From NCBI GenBank assembly GCA_050947035.1, contig JBMNVW010000002.1, positions 4,820 to 68,819 on the forward strand: a stretch of DNA of 64,000 nt, written 5' to 3'. The translations under genes were made by a program, and so were the position numbers. The DNA comes from Patescibacteria group bacterium (lineage in GTDB: Bacteria; Patescibacteriota; Microgenomatia; 0-14-0-10-38-17). Under the pieces are notes generated by a model, which was given only the letters and a program-made list of their open reading frames with translations, had not been told where the DNA came from and ran no database searches. Of the stretch, positions 40,060 to 50,432 are shown one piece after another. The first letter of the stretch is position 1. Each line of letters starts with the position of its first letter.

Positions 40060-42450
40060 TCACCTTGAGTCCTGCTGAGCGGGCAATAATTTATCTCTTG
40101 TTTCTGTTTCATCAGCTATTTGACCAAAACCCTCTTCCTTTCTATCTCCATCAATAAAATACTCCTCTTCTGTCTTTTGACAACTTTTTCCCTCCTCATC
40201 CCAAGATAAACAAACCGGCCGACTAACTATATTTTCAGGAAGCAAAAATTCTTCTGGCTCTTCCTGAACCAACAACGTCTCCATTATTCGACGCCAAATC
40301 GGAGAAGCACCAGTCACCCCTGAGGCAATCCTTGCCATGGACGAATTATCATTATTCCCCACCCAAGCAGCCACTAACAAATCCGGGCTATAGCCAATGG
40401 TCCAATTGTCTCGCAGGTTATTGGTGGTGCCAGTTTTAACGGCTACTTGATATTGAGGAATATTAATAATAGAGTTGGCACCAAAAACAGGGCTTCGAGC
40501 TTGGTTGTCAGACAAAACACTGGTTAACAACCAAGCTACTTGAGGCGAAATTACTTGCTCCCCACAAGAAGTATTGTCTGATTTTGCTCGAACAGCAAAG
40601 GTCTTGGGGTTAATCTTGGCTTCTTCAAGGCAAGGATTAGCCCAAATAAGCTTGCCCTTGCGATCGTGAACTTTAATAATGGTCTGCAAAGGAGCTTTAA
40701 GGCCGCCATTAGCCAAAACTCCATAAACAGTGGCTAATTCTTTCATTGTCACCTCTCCTCCTCCTAGGGTTAGGGATAAACCAAACTGGTCATCATCCGA
40801 CCAACTGGTAATCCCCATTTTATGACCCAAAGAGATCATCCGATCAACCCCCAAAGAGGCCAAAACCTTAACCGCCGGAACATTATAGGAACAGGCTAGA
40901 GCCGTTCTTAAAGTCATCAGACCATGAAAACGGTTATCATAATTGCTTGGTCGATAGGGAGGTTGACCAGGAAGCCTAAAACTAACCGGAGCATCTAAAA
41001 TGCGACTGGCTAAAGTATAACCATTTTGAAGAGCAAGAGCATAATTAACTACCTTAATTGTTGATCCTGGTTGCCTTGGAGCGACAGTAACATTAAAGTT
41101 TCCATCATTTTCAGAATCAAAATAGTCTCGTGAGCCAACCATAGCCAAAATTTCGCCTGTTTTGGGATTGGTGACCAGAGCGGCGCCATTGGTAACCCGA
41201 AAAGAAGTTAGCTTGGCCAACTCTTCCTCAATCGCCTTTTCAGCCATTTGTTGAGTCGACAAATCTAGGGTCGTGGTTACCTGTAATCCCCCCTCCTCAA
41301 CAAATCGATCACCAAAAATATCAGCTAGTTCTTGCTTAACTTGCATAACAAAATGGGGCGCCAGGATATTCTGATTAATATTCTTCAATCTAATCTCAGC
41401 GTTTTGGGCCCTTTGAGCCGCCCTATCAGTAATAAAACCTTTTTTTTCCATTTGGAATAAAACTTCTCTTTGGCGAATTTTAGCCAGTTGCGGTTGAGCC
41501 CCAAAAGGAGAATAGGTAGTGGGGGAAGCCGGCAAGCCCGCCAAAAGAGCCGCCTCGGCCAAATTAAGCTCTCTGGCTGATTTGCCAAAATAATATTGGC
41601 TAGCCTCTTCAATACCATAAGTTGCCCCACCATAACCAACTTCATTTAAATACATCTGTAAAATCTCATCTTTGGAGAATTTCGCCTCAACCATTAGGGC
41701 TAAAATAATCTCTTTTAGCTTCCGGCTCATTGTTCTTTCCGGCGATAAAAGAGCGTTTTTGACTAATTGCTGGGTGATCGTGGAGCCACCCTCAATCTTT
41801 CCTTGAGAAATCAAACGCCAAAAAGATCGACCAATGCCAGAAAAAGAAATCCCTCGATGTTGATAAAAATTACCATCTTCAATGGCAATAGTAGCCTCTT
41901 TAACAACTAGAGGAATCTCTTCTAGAGGAACCAGGGTGCGGTTTTGATGACGAAAAACTCGATAAAGCAAGTTTCCGTTTTGATCATAAATTCTTGTCGT
42001 CTGTTTAATATTCCTGGTAATTAATTTTTGCGGTTGAGGCAGATCCTTAAAAACCGACCAGCCAAAATAAATCAAAAAAAATAAAAAAACAACCAAAACT
42101 AAAAGGCGCAGTCGAAAAAGAAGAAAAATCTTCTTTAAAAAACCTTTAAAGGTAAATAAAAAAGCAAAAACCTTGTTTTTAAAAGAAAAAAACCAAACCT
42201 TTAGCCGTTTTTTCAAAAAGAGGGCTTTACCAAAAAGAAAAGAAAAGGGTTTTTTAAAACTAACCGAAAAAGCCTTCTTGATAAGGTCTTGGCTTACTTT
42301 TCCTAAAACCCTAAGAACCCACCTCAGTCCGGCTAAAAGGAGCCAAAAAAGGCGCAAAATAATTTTTAAAAGAAGAAAAAGAGGCCGGCCAAAAAAAACA
42401 AAACAGTCAACGACAAAAATTATTATTTGTTTTCTTTCCCCCGCCATCAA
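40060..42450 (-). CDS. Class A penicillin-binding protein (PBP1A family), convergent paralogue
   Basis: EDGNFYQH, GGSTITQQLVKN, RKLKE; STIK, SYN, KTGT. Confidence 0.95.
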   Translation of the reverse strand: MMAGERKQIIIFVVDCFVFFGRPLFLLLKIILRLFWLLLAGLRWVLRVLGKVSQDLIKKAFSVSFKKPFSFLFGKALFLKKRLKVWFFSFKNKVFAFLFTFKGFLKKIFLLFRLRLLVLVVFLFFLIYFGWSVFKDLPQPQKLITRNIKQTTRIYDQNGNLLYRVFRHQNRTLVPLEEIPLVVKEATIAIEDGNFYQHRGISFSGIGRSFWRLISQGKIEGGSTITQQLVKNALLSPERTMSRKLKEIILALMVEAKFSKDEILQMYLNEVGYGGATYGIEEASQYYFGKSARELNLAEAALLAGLPASPTTYSPFGAQPQLAKIRQREVLFQMEKKGFITDRAAQRAQNAEIRLKNINQNILAPHFVMQVKQELADIFGDRFVEEGGLQVTTTLDLSTQQMAEKAIEEELAKLTSFRVTNGAALVTNPKTGEILAMVGSRDYFDSENDGNFNVTVAPRQPGSTIKVVNYALALQNGYTLASRILDAPVSFRLPGQPPYRPSNYDNRFHGLMTLRTALACSYNVPAVKVLASLGVDRMISLGHKMGITSWSDDDQFGLSLTLGGGEVTMKELATVYGVLANGGLKAPLQTIIKVHDRKGKLIWANPCLEEAKINPKTFAVRAKSDNTSCGEQVISPQVAWLLTSVLSDNQARSPVFGANSIINIPQYQVAVKTGTTNNLRDNWTIGYSPDLLVAAWVGNNDNSSMARIASGVTGASPIWRRIMETLLVQEEPEEFLLPENIVSRPVCLSWDEEGKSCQKTEEEYFIDGDRKEEGFGQIADETETRDKLLPAQQDSR

Positions 42451-42511
42451 TTTATATTATAACAAGGGTTTGGGTTTATTAACCAGGCTTTTCCAATGCT
42501 ATAATACTTTT

Positions 42512-43561
42512 ATGAATAAACCCCCAACCCAACCTCAGGCAAGACAAAATCCTATTACTGGAGAGTGGGTAATTATTGCTCGTAATCGAGCTAAAAAACC
42601 TTCCAGCTTTATCAAAAATAACTTAACAAAAGAAAATCCAAAAAAGGATCAAAAAAATAACCTAAAATCAAAAAAAACCTGCCCTTTTTGCCAAATCTTA
42701 AAAAGAGAAACTCCTCTCCTGGTTCAATCCGAAGGCCAAGAACTTCCTATTCCTAATGCTCATAATTGGACTATTGTCGTTGTTCCTAATAAATACCCCG
42801 CCTTCATTCCCGCCAAAAAGCTTAATAAAAAAAGCGCCGGCTTTTACCAAACTATGACGGCGGTCGGTCATCATGAATTAGTTATTACCCAAGACCACCA
42901 ACAAACCATTGACCAAATGCCCGCTTCTTTAATTGAAGAAGTTTTTACTGTTTACCAAAAACGATATCTCTATCTTGCTAAACAACCCCATATTAAATAT
43001 ATTTCTATTTTTCATAACCAAGGACCAGAGGCTGGTGCCTCAATTAGCCACCCCCACTCCCAAATTATCGCCATTTCCGTCACCGATACCGACATTAAAA
43101 AAAACCTAAAAGGTAGCAAAAAATTTTGGCAGAAAAATAATTCTTGCCTTCACTGTCAAATTATTGCTGACAATAAAAAAAATCCTAATCGAGTTGTTTG
43201 GGAAAATGACTCTTTTATTATTTTCTCGCCTTTTGCCCCCAAAAGTGCCTTTACTTTACAGATTTATCCTAAAAAGCACCAAGCTTATTTCGAAAAAATT
43301 AATCAAGCAGAAATTAAACAATTGGCCGAAGCTTTTAAGGTGGCCTTAAAAGCAATAAAAAAGGGTTTGGGCAACCCGGATTATAATTTTTTTCTTCATA
43401 CTGCTCCCTGTGATAAAAAAAATTACCAATACTATCACTGGCACTGGCAGATCATGCCTAAAACCCAAATTTGGGCCGGTTTTGAATTAGGAGCCGGTAT
43501 GGAAATCTTGACTATTTCCCCTGAAGAGGCGGCCAAATATTTGAGAAAACAAATAAAATAG
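42512..43561 (+). CDS. galT: Galactose-1-phosphate uridylyltransferase
   Basis: RQNPITGEWVI, CPFC, NKYPA, GASISHPHSQ; start moved to ATG 42512 (TGcTATAAT 6 nt upstream). Confidence 0.9.
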   Translation: MNKPPTQPQARQNPITGEWVIIARNRAKKPSSFIKNNLTKENPKKDQKNNLKSKKTCPFCQILKRETPLLVQSEGQELPIPNAHNWTIVVVPNKYPAFIPAKKLNKKSAGFYQTMTAVGHHELVITQDHQQTIDQMPASLIEEVFTVYQKRYLYLAKQPHIKYISIFHNQGPEAGASISHPHSQIIAISVTDTDIKKNLKGSKKFWQKNNSCLHCQIIADNKKNPNRVVWENDSFIIFSPFAPKSAFTLQIYPKKHQAYFEKINQAEIKQLAEAFKVALKAIKKGLGNPDYNFFLHTAPCDKKNYQYYHWHWQIMPKTQIWAGFELGAGMEILTISPEEAAKYLRKQIK

Positions 43562-43777
43562 TTAAAAAATAAACCATTGCTAAATTGCTACATTGTTGAA
43601 TTGCTGCGCCCGCTAATCGCCTGAAACACAAAAATAGTATTTAGTATCTGGTATTTAGTATTTAGGAAAAAGAGGTGTCAAAAAACAGTTCAGGGTTAAA
43701 AATTAAAAGCAAAAAACTAGTTGGTTGACAATCAAAGATCGAAAATTGAAAATTGAAAATTAAATAAGGGATGTTTC

Positions 43778-44773
43778 CTAGTTGCTGTTTCTAATAGCTG
43801 TCCAAATTGTTTTAGTAATTTCTTCTAAAACCGTTTGAGCCCGATCTTGGGAATCACCCTGGCTCATAATCACCAAAATAAAATCACCCTTCTCAGTAAA
43901 AATAATCGCCGCATCGTGAAGCAAGTTTTCATCCAGGCCAATTTTATGGGCAACAACCAAATCCTCCGGCAAAACAGACGGAATTTGATCGTTAAAAATA
44001 GTATTAGTTAAAAAACCAATAAATTCTTGGCTATGAGACGAGGTCAACATCTTTCCCTGATGAAGAGAAGCTAAAAACTGGCCCATGTCCTCGGGGGTAG
44101 TTTTCCCAGCTAGATAATCAGTTCTTGATAATTCTAAAAAATCAATCAAAGCTTGAATCTTCTCTTCTCCTAAATTATCAGCAATAACGCTTATGGCCGT
44201 ATTGTCTGATTGTTCAACCGCCAATTTTATCAAAGCTCGATAAGTATAGATCGTTCCTTCCGGCTGAAGATGAACACTGCCGTTACCAGGTAATTTGTCC
44301 TCTTCTTTTAGCTGATATTCGGCCGTCAAATCAAATTGTCTTTTCTCCGCCTCTTTATAGGCAGTAGCAATAACCGGTAATTTCATTAATGATGCCCCAG
44401 GAAAAATTTCTTGGTGATTAATTCCAATCGCGTTTTGGTTCTCAATTTCCAATAAATAAATTCCATAAATACCACTCTCTTGATCAACAAATTCTAACAA
44501 TTCTTCTTGAAGTTCTTTTTGCCAAGGGGTTGGTGTTGGCACGATAATTGTTGGCGAAAGCTCCTCTGTTCTAAGATCGTCAATTTTTACCACTTTAGGA
44601 GCAGAAATCCTTTCCCAAAAAGAAGGCAAGAGGCTTGATAGGTAAAAAATCATCGCCAATCCCGTCGAAGCCAACAAAAGAATTAAAACTACTCGTCCTG
44701 AAGACTCCTCTTGTTGGTCTTTTTCCTTTTTATTAGTAATTTTTTTCTTAAAAATCTCTTTTTCGGCAAACAC
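43778..44773 (-). CDS. Serine hydrolase, class A beta-lactamase-like
   Basis: ASLMK, SDN, HKIG motifs; N-terminal TM. Confidence 0.85.
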   Translation of the reverse strand: MFAEKEIFKKKITNKKEKDQQEESSGRVVLILLLASTGLAMIFYLSSLLPSFWERISAPKVVKIDDLRTEELSPTIIVPTPTPWQKELQEELLEFVDQESGIYGIYLLEIENQNAIGINHQEIFPGASLMKLPVIATAYKEAEKRQFDLTAEYQLKEEDKLPGNGSVHLQPEGTIYTYRALIKLAVEQSDNTAISVIADNLGEEKIQALIDFLELSRTDYLAGKTTPEDMGQFLASLHQGKMLTSSHSQEFIGFLTNTIFNDQIPSVLPEDLVVAHKIGLDENLLHDAAIIFTEKGDFILVIMSQGDSQDRAQTVLEEITKTIWTAIRNSN

Positions 44774-44878
44774 TTTTTATTAAAATTTCTAATTTAAAAT
44801 TAAATATTGGTCCAATAAGACCTATCAGACTAATGTCATTTTTAATTTTGGAATTCGGGCACTCACATGGGAGTGCCC

Positions 44879-45832
44879 CTACTTTCGACTTTTACTTTGA
44901 GCCCCGCCAAATTTCTTTAACCTTTCCTCCAGCTCTTTTTTGCTTAATAATCCCGCCTTAGGCCCAATCTGACCAATAACTGACAGTGACTCAATCATGC
45001 CAATCTTGACGGCTTCCGGCAAGGATTTTCCCCATATTAAACCGGCGACCAATCCCGTTGAAAAAGCATCTCCGGCTCCCGTGGCATCAATCACTTTCCC
45101 CTCTAGGGCTGGTTCTTTTGATATTTTGCCAGACTGATAAAAATAGGCCCCCTGCTTACCACAAGTAACAATAACAATTTCTGGACCAGCGTCTTTTATT
45201 TTCTCAAGATAATCTTTCCCCCAAAAACTCTTTGCCTCCTCTTCATTAAGAATTAAAACTTTTACTTTAGGAAAAATTTTAGCCAATTCCTCCTGATGAA
45301 CTAACTCTAAATTACCCGGATTTAAAACTGTTGATATTTTATAAATTTTAGCCTTATCAACCACCTCTTCTAATAAAGCAACATTGCCCTCAAGAGAAGC
45401 CAAGTATAGCCATCGCGTCTGTGACAAGGCCTTAAAGGGAAAAATGTCTTTGTCAACTCTAGTTTGACCTCTGAAAGTAAGGATAATTCTTTCTCCTGTG
45501 GACGACAACAAAATGGTCGAAAAGTCGGTTTCTTCACCATTAATCTGCCTTAAATAGGCCTTGTCAAACTCTTCTTCGGCCAAGCCTTCTTTCAGCCAGT
45601 TTCCTGCCCAATCATTACCAAAGCGAGCTACACAAGCGCAGTTTAGGCCTAAACGGGAAAAACCAGCCGCCGTGTTGGTCCCACCGCCCCCCACGGCCAT
45701 AACCCTTTTGGCTACCTCAACTTTACCTCCTGATAAGACCAAAGACTCCCGACCCCGATCGTCAATAACAAAATCATCAGACTGTAAAAAAACATCAACG
45801 GTGGCTGAGCCAACAGTAATAATATCGTACAT
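44879..45832 (-). CDS. PfkB family carbohydrate kinase
   Basis: GGGGTNTA, DATGAGDAF. Confidence 0.92.
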   Translation of the reverse strand: MYDIITVGSATVDVFLQSDDFVIDDRGRESLVLSGGKVEVAKRVMAVGGGGTNTAAGFSRLGLNCACVARFGNDWAGNWLKEGLAEEEFDKAYLRQINGEETDFSTILLSSTGERIILTFRGQTRVDKDIFPFKALSQTRWLYLASLEGNVALLEEVVDKAKIYKISTVLNPGNLELVHQEELAKIFPKVKVLILNEEEAKSFWGKDYLEKIKDAGPEIVIVTCGKQGAYFYQSGKISKEPALEGKVIDATGAGDAFSTGLVAGLIWGKSLPEAVKIGMIESLSVIGQIGPKAGLLSKKELEERLKKFGGAQSKSRK

Positions 45833-45858
45833 GATAGTTAAAAATTAAAAATTCAAAA

Positions 45859-46617
45859 TTAAAAGTTAAAAACAATTTCATTTAATTTCTTGGCGACTTC
45901 TAGCGGATCATCGGCCTGCCAAACATTACGACCGACAATTAGTCCGTCAGCACCAGCGGTCATTATTTCCTCAGCTAAACCAAAAAAATCTTTCTTATCG
46001 GTCTTAGGCCCCCCCTGAACGGTCACCTTAAGTCGACCAGCGGCTTTGATTACCCAAGAAAAACTATTTGGATCACCGGTATAGGGTAATTTAGCTACCT
46101 CGGCTCCCATTTCTAGAGCTAATCTAGCCGCATAAGACAAAATTTCCCGACTGTATTCTTTGCCCTTAACCGCTTTTCCTCGAGGATACATCCAGCCAAT
46201 TAAGGGAATGCCAGCCTGATCAGCCTCTCGGCCAATTTTGGCAAATTGACTCATCATCTTTTTCTCGTGCTTGCTACCAACATAAACGGTATAACCAACT
46301 GCTTTTGCCCCCAAGGAAATAGCCTCATCTACCTGACATAATTGAGGTGAATAGGGCTCCTCGTCTAAAAGATTAGTTTTTCCGTTGAGCTTAATAATCA
46401 GGGGAGCTTTATTTTTTCCTGGTTGATAATATCGCTCGGCTACTCCTTTTTGCAAGGCAATACCAGTAAAATAACCACTATCCGCCAAAGATAAAACCTT
46501 CTCCGGATTAATATTTTCCTGATTAAAATCGGCGGTGCCATGTTCCATACCATGGTCATAAGCCAAAATTAAAAATCGACCTTTTTTGCTAATTGACTTT
46601 AAATTATTCCTTTCCAT
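45859..46617 (-). CDS. Class I (DhnA/archaeal-type) fructose-bisphosphate aldolase
   Basis: LAYDHGMEHG, IIKLNGKT, WMYPRG, AARLALEMGAEVAK, GRNVWQ. Confidence 0.9.
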   Translation of the reverse strand: MERNNLKSISKKGRFLILAYDHGMEHGTADFNQENINPEKVLSLADSGYFTGIALQKGVAERYYQPGKNKAPLIIKLNGKTNLLDEEPYSPQLCQVDEAISLGAKAVGYTVYVGSKHEKKMMSQFAKIGREADQAGIPLIGWMYPRGKAVKGKEYSREILSYAARLALEMGAEVAKLPYTGDPNSFSWVIKAAGRLKVTVQGGPKTDKKDFFGLAEEIMTAGADGLIVGRNVWQADDPLEVAKKLNEIVFNF

Positions 46618-46627
46618 CGATTTATTG

Positions 46628-47548
46628 TTATCCTAAAAATTTTAGTACTTCTTTTTTAATAGCGTTTTTAGTTAAACCATATTTTTTATAGAGGTCTTCT
46701 GGTTTTCTGGCTGACTGGCCAAAGCAATCAGGGATACCAATTCTCTTAACTGGAACCGGGCAATTGGCGGCTAAAATCTCACTAACCGCTGACCCTAATC
46801 CGCCAATAATAGAGTGCTCCTCAACCGTTATCACTCGACCAGTTTTTTTAGCCGAATTAATAAGAGTTTTTTCATCCATTGGTTTTATAGTGGCGCAATT
46901 AATTAATTCAATGTCAAAATCATTCGTCCAATCTAAAAGACGAGAAATAATCGGACCAGTAGCAATAAGAGTGGCTTTTTTACCAGAATTTAATATCCTG
47001 GCTTTACCAATAACAAAATTCTCTTTTTGATCAACAGAGGCGGTTTTATCACGACTAATTCTAATATAAACTGGCCCTTGATATTTGGCGGCAGCAAAAA
47101 CTGCCGATCGAACTTGATTAGCATCAGCCGGAGACAAAATAACCATTTCCGGCAAAACCCTCATTAGGGCTAAGTCCTCGATTGATTGAGCCGTCGCTCC
47201 ATCACCGGCATTAGAAAAGCCCAGGTGAGAACCAACCAGTTTTACATTAGCCCTATTTTGACAAATAGAAACTCTGATTTGATCAAAGGCCCGCCCCGGA
47301 ATAAAAACCGCAAAAGAAGATAAAAAAGGAATAAATCCTTCCATGGCCAGCCCGGCCGCCACCCCAACAGCATTTTGTTCAGCTACCCCCAAATTAAAAA
47401 ATCGATTCTCTTCTAGTTTTGTGGCTAGCTTTTCTATTCTGGTTGATGAGGCCAAATCTGGGCTTAGAGCCAAAATCCGCTCATCTTTTTTTGCCAACTC
47501 TAATAATGCTTCCCCATAGGCATCTCGTTGTGATTTTAGTTTGACCAT
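46628..47548 (-). CDS. Transketolase, C-terminal subunit
   Basis: GVAEQN, DGATAQ, GPVYIR, TVEEHSIIGGLGSAV. Confidence 0.92.
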   Translation of the reverse strand: MVKLKSQRDAYGEALLELAKKDERILALSPDLASSTRIEKLATKLEENRFFNLGVAEQNAVGVAAGLAMEGFIPFLSSFAVFIPGRAFDQIRVSICQNRANVKLVGSHLGFSNAGDGATAQSIEDLALMRVLPEMVILSPADANQVRSAVFAAAKYQGPVYIRISRDKTASVDQKENFVIGKARILNSGKKATLIATGPIISRLLDWTNDFDIELINCATIKPMDEKTLINSAKKTGRVITVEEHSIIGGLGSAVSEILAANCPVPVKRIGIPDCFGQSARKPEDLYKKYGLTKNAIKKEVLKFLG

Positions 47549-47640
47549 ACCTTAAAATTTCTAATTTTTAATTCTTAATTTCTAATGATTAAAACAATGT
47601 TTGTTCTTTCGACTTTAAAATATTAACTCGTCTTTATCTA

Positions 47641-48468
47641 TCAACTGCCTCCTAGCTCCTTCATGGCTTGCCGATATTCCTCTTCGGACAAGACACCAGA
47701 ATGAAACCGTTTCTTATTTTCCATAAAAGAAACGCCTCGCCCTAAAATGGTCTGAGCAATAATAACGCTAGGGGTTCGATGAGAATCTTTGGCTTGACAA
47801 AGAGCGTGAAGCAATTCGTCATAATGGTGGCCGCTAATAATAAAGACTTCCCAACCAAAGGCTTTATATTTCTCTGCTAAAGACTCTAAAGCCAATAATG
47901 ATTCTGTTTCGCCACCAATTTGCATTCCGTTGCGATCGATAATGTTAACTAAATTACCTAGCTCTTGATGGCTAGCCGTCAAAATCGCTTCCCAAGTTGA
48001 CCCTTCGTTATGCTCTCCATCTGAAGTCAAGCAATAAACATTGTGATGCTCCCCTTTAATTTTTGCCGACAGGGCTCGGCCAACTGCTACTGATAAACCC
48101 TGACCTAAAGACCCACTAGACGAGTCGAGTAAGGGCAAAAAAATCTTACTTGGATGACCTTGAAGAGGAGAACCCAAATCTCTTAAAGAACCAAGCTTAT
48201 CTTTATCAATAAGACCGCATTCGGCTAAGACAGCATAATAGGCCGGACAAACATGACCATTAGATAAAATAAACCGATCCCGACGAGGATCTTGATGATC
48301 TTGGCAGTTATAACGAATAACTCCCCCAAAAAAAAGAGCCACCAAAATGTCCATTGAAGAAAAAGATCCGCCTAAATGACCAGAACCAGACTGGTGAATC
48401 ATTTTAAGAACCTGTCGACGGAGTTTTGTCGCTTTTTCTTCTAGTTTAGGAACGGGAAGATTCGACAT
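47641..48468 (-). CDS. Transketolase, N-terminal subunit
   Basis: SGHLGGS, DRFILSNGH, LQGHP, GSLGQGLS, SDGEHNEG. Confidence 0.93.
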   Translation of the reverse strand: MSNLPVPKLEEKATKLRRQVLKMIHQSGSGHLGGSFSSMDILVALFFGGVIRYNCQDHQDPRRDRFILSNGHVCPAYYAVLAECGLIDKDKLGSLRDLGSPLQGHPSKIFLPLLDSSSGSLGQGLSVAVGRALSAKIKGEHHNVYCLTSDGEHNEGSTWEAILTASHQELGNLVNIIDRNGMQIGGETESLLALESLAEKYKAFGWEVFIISGHHYDELLHALCQAKDSHRTPSVIIAQTILGRGVSFMENKKRFHSGVLSEEEYRQAMKELGGS

Positions 48469-48533
48469 TAGTTATTAATATACCATAGGATAGGTTAAAA
48501 TAGAAACAATTAAGGTTTTGTTTTCACTAAAAA

Positions 48534-49148
48534 ATGGTTGCCAAAGAAGTTATTTTTGATTTAGAAACAAAAAAACTTTTCGATGATATTCCGGGACGAA
48601 ACCCAATTAATTTAGGAGTCTCAATTGTTTCTCTTTATCAAAGAACTCTAAACCAAAATCTAGAGGAGGAAGATGGCCAAATAATTAGTTTCTGGGAGAA
48701 AGATTTAGACCGACTTTGGCCAATTTTTTCTTGGGCTGATCGAGTCATTGGCTTTAACTCGGTTAAATTTGATGTTCCCGCTCTTCAAGCCTATGCTAAC
48801 AAGCCCCTATCTTCTCTCCCCCACTTTGATATCTTAGAAAAAATAAAACTTGCTTTTGGTAAAAGAATTAGTCTAAACAACCTGGCCCAAGTCAATCTTG
48901 GCAAAAAGAAAGTTGATGTTGGCTTCAACGCTGTTAAATATTACTATCAAGGTGATCAAGAAAGCCTAAAAAAATTAAAAAAATACTGCGAGATGGACGT
49001 ATTAATAACTAAAGATCTTTATGACTTTGTTTTAAGAAAGAGGGGGTTAAAAATTCCTGACCGAAAAACAAAAACAGCTTCCTGGCTTGACTTAGATTTT
49101 TCTTATCCTAAGTCTTTTTTCACCATTAGCCAAGAAAAATTATTTTAA
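48534..49148 (+). CDS. RNase H-like (DnaQ/YprB-like) exonuclease domain protein
   Basis: FDLET, IGFNSVKFDVP, YCEMDV. Confidence 0.8.
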   Translation: MVAKEVIFDLETKKLFDDIPGRNPINLGVSIVSLYQRTLNQNLEEEDGQIISFWEKDLDRLWPIFSWADRVIGFNSVKFDVPALQAYANKPLSSLPHFDILEKIKLAFGKRISLNNLAQVNLGKKKVDVGFNAVKYYYQGDQESLKKLKKYCEMDVLITKDLYDFVLRKRGLKIPDRKTKTASWLDLDFSYPKSFFTISQEKLF

Positions 49149-49151
49149 TTC

Positions 49152-49688
49152 TTAAATCAGTTCTTTAACTGCTGAAAGAGCCTCTTTTGGGCTATTGACA
49201 ATTCGATAAACTTGTTTTTCTTTCTCTCTGATTAACATGTTTTTAGCCAAAGCCTCAATTACTTCGTGCCAAAAAGAACCATAAAAAACCATTGGCTTAT
49301 GATTACCAAAATAAAGCCTAGCCAAACCCCAAGTCATAGCAAACTCTGATAAGGTGCCCGTACCGCCATTAAAAATTACATAAACTTCTCCCAACTCGAT
49401 TAGCTTCATCGTTCGCTCGATATAGCCTTCTAGAACTAACAGCTCATCAACTTTATTTTTCGGATCTTGGCCTTCAAAAAAGGTCATTCCTTTAGGATCA
49501 AATGTTGCCCCAATTACCCTGCCGCCACCGGCATGAGCCCCCTCAGTTGAAGCCCTCATTACCCCTGGACCAGCTCCATTAACAATATCAAAACCGGCCT
49601 CGGCCAATAATTTACTGGTCTCAAAAGCCACCTGATAAAGCGAATCGCCCGGCTTGGCTTCTGAATAGCCAAAAATGGTTATCTTCAT
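49152..49688 (-). CDS. LOG family (Rossmann-fold nucleotide-binding) protein
   Basis: NGAGPGVM, GGTGTLSE. Confidence 0.88.
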   Translation of the reverse strand: MKITIFGYSEAKPGDSLYQVAFETSKLLAEAGFDIVNGAGPGVMRASTEGAHAGGGRVIGATFDPKGMTFFEGQDPKNKVDELLVLEGYIERTMKLIELGEVYVIFNGGTGTLSEFAMTWGLARLYFGNHKPMVFYGSFWHEVIEALAKNMLIREKEKQVYRIVNSPKEALSAVKELI

Positions 49689-49760
49689 TTAAGTTTATTG
49701 GTCATATTGGTCTTATAGGACCTATATTAAAACTTTAAATTTTAAACTTTGCCTTTACAC

Positions 49761-50420
49761 TTACTTGCTACTATTCACTATTTTCTCTAGCCTTCTTATC
49801 GCTCCAATCGGATCTTTGCTTTCCCAAAGCGCACTGCCAATATAGAATTCTTCTGCGCCCATTTTATGACAAAAGGCCAAGCTTGTCTTGTCCACCCCAC
49901 CATCAACACCAATTTTAAAAAACCACCGCTCTTTCCCCCGCCAAACCACCATGTCTTTAATTTTAGGCAAAATTTGTGGGTCAATCTCTTGACCAGAAAA
50001 ACCCGCCTCTACTCCTAAGAGCAAAACCTGATCAACCATGTCTAGAGTCTGTTTATCTAATTTAGATATTTTTGTTTTTAAATCAAGAGCCAAGCCCGCC
50101 AAAAAACCTTTTTCTTTAGCCTGACGAATAAATTCAATTTGAGAAGGCATTGCCTCGATTTGAGCAGTAACTAAATTTGTTTCTCCCGGCCAATTTTGCT
50201 TATCTAGATAAGCAGCTGGATCTTCAACCATAAGATGAAAATCAAGTAAAAAATTGTTTTTTTTTGCTAATCCCAATAGATCGCTGGGGGTAATAGTTTT
50301 ATTTGAGGCAAACTTACCATCAACAACATCAATTTGAACCCGATCAACTTGGCCTTTTAAAAAAGAAAGTTTTTTTTCAACCTGATCAATATCGGCCGTT
50401 AAAATCGTGGGAATAATCAT
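49761..50420 (-). CDS. rpe: Ribulose-phosphate 3-epimerase
   Basis: QIDVVDGKF, DFHLMV, GFSGQ, VDGGV. Confidence 0.9.
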   Translation of the reverse strand: MIIPTILTADIDQVEKKLSFLKGQVDRVQIDVVDGKFASNKTITPSDLLGLAKKNNFLLDFHLMVEDPAAYLDKQNWPGETNLVTAQIEAMPSQIEFIRQAKEKGFLAGLALDLKTKISKLDKQTLDMVDQVLLLGVEAGFSGQEIDPQILPKIKDMVVWRGKERWFFKIGVDGGVDKTSLAFCHKMGAEEFYIGSALWESKDPIGAIRRLEKIVNSSK

Positions 50421-50432
50421 AAAAAAATAAAA

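Noticed and set aside
42173-42511. N-terminal extension of galT in the ORF track
   Set aside because: It is antisense to the PBP gene start; ATG 42512 has a promoter-like motif and matches the family start
43778-44773. Antibiotic-resistance beta-lactamase
   Set aside because: Membrane-anchored, divergent serine hydrolase; the motifs do not establish beta-lactam hydrolysis
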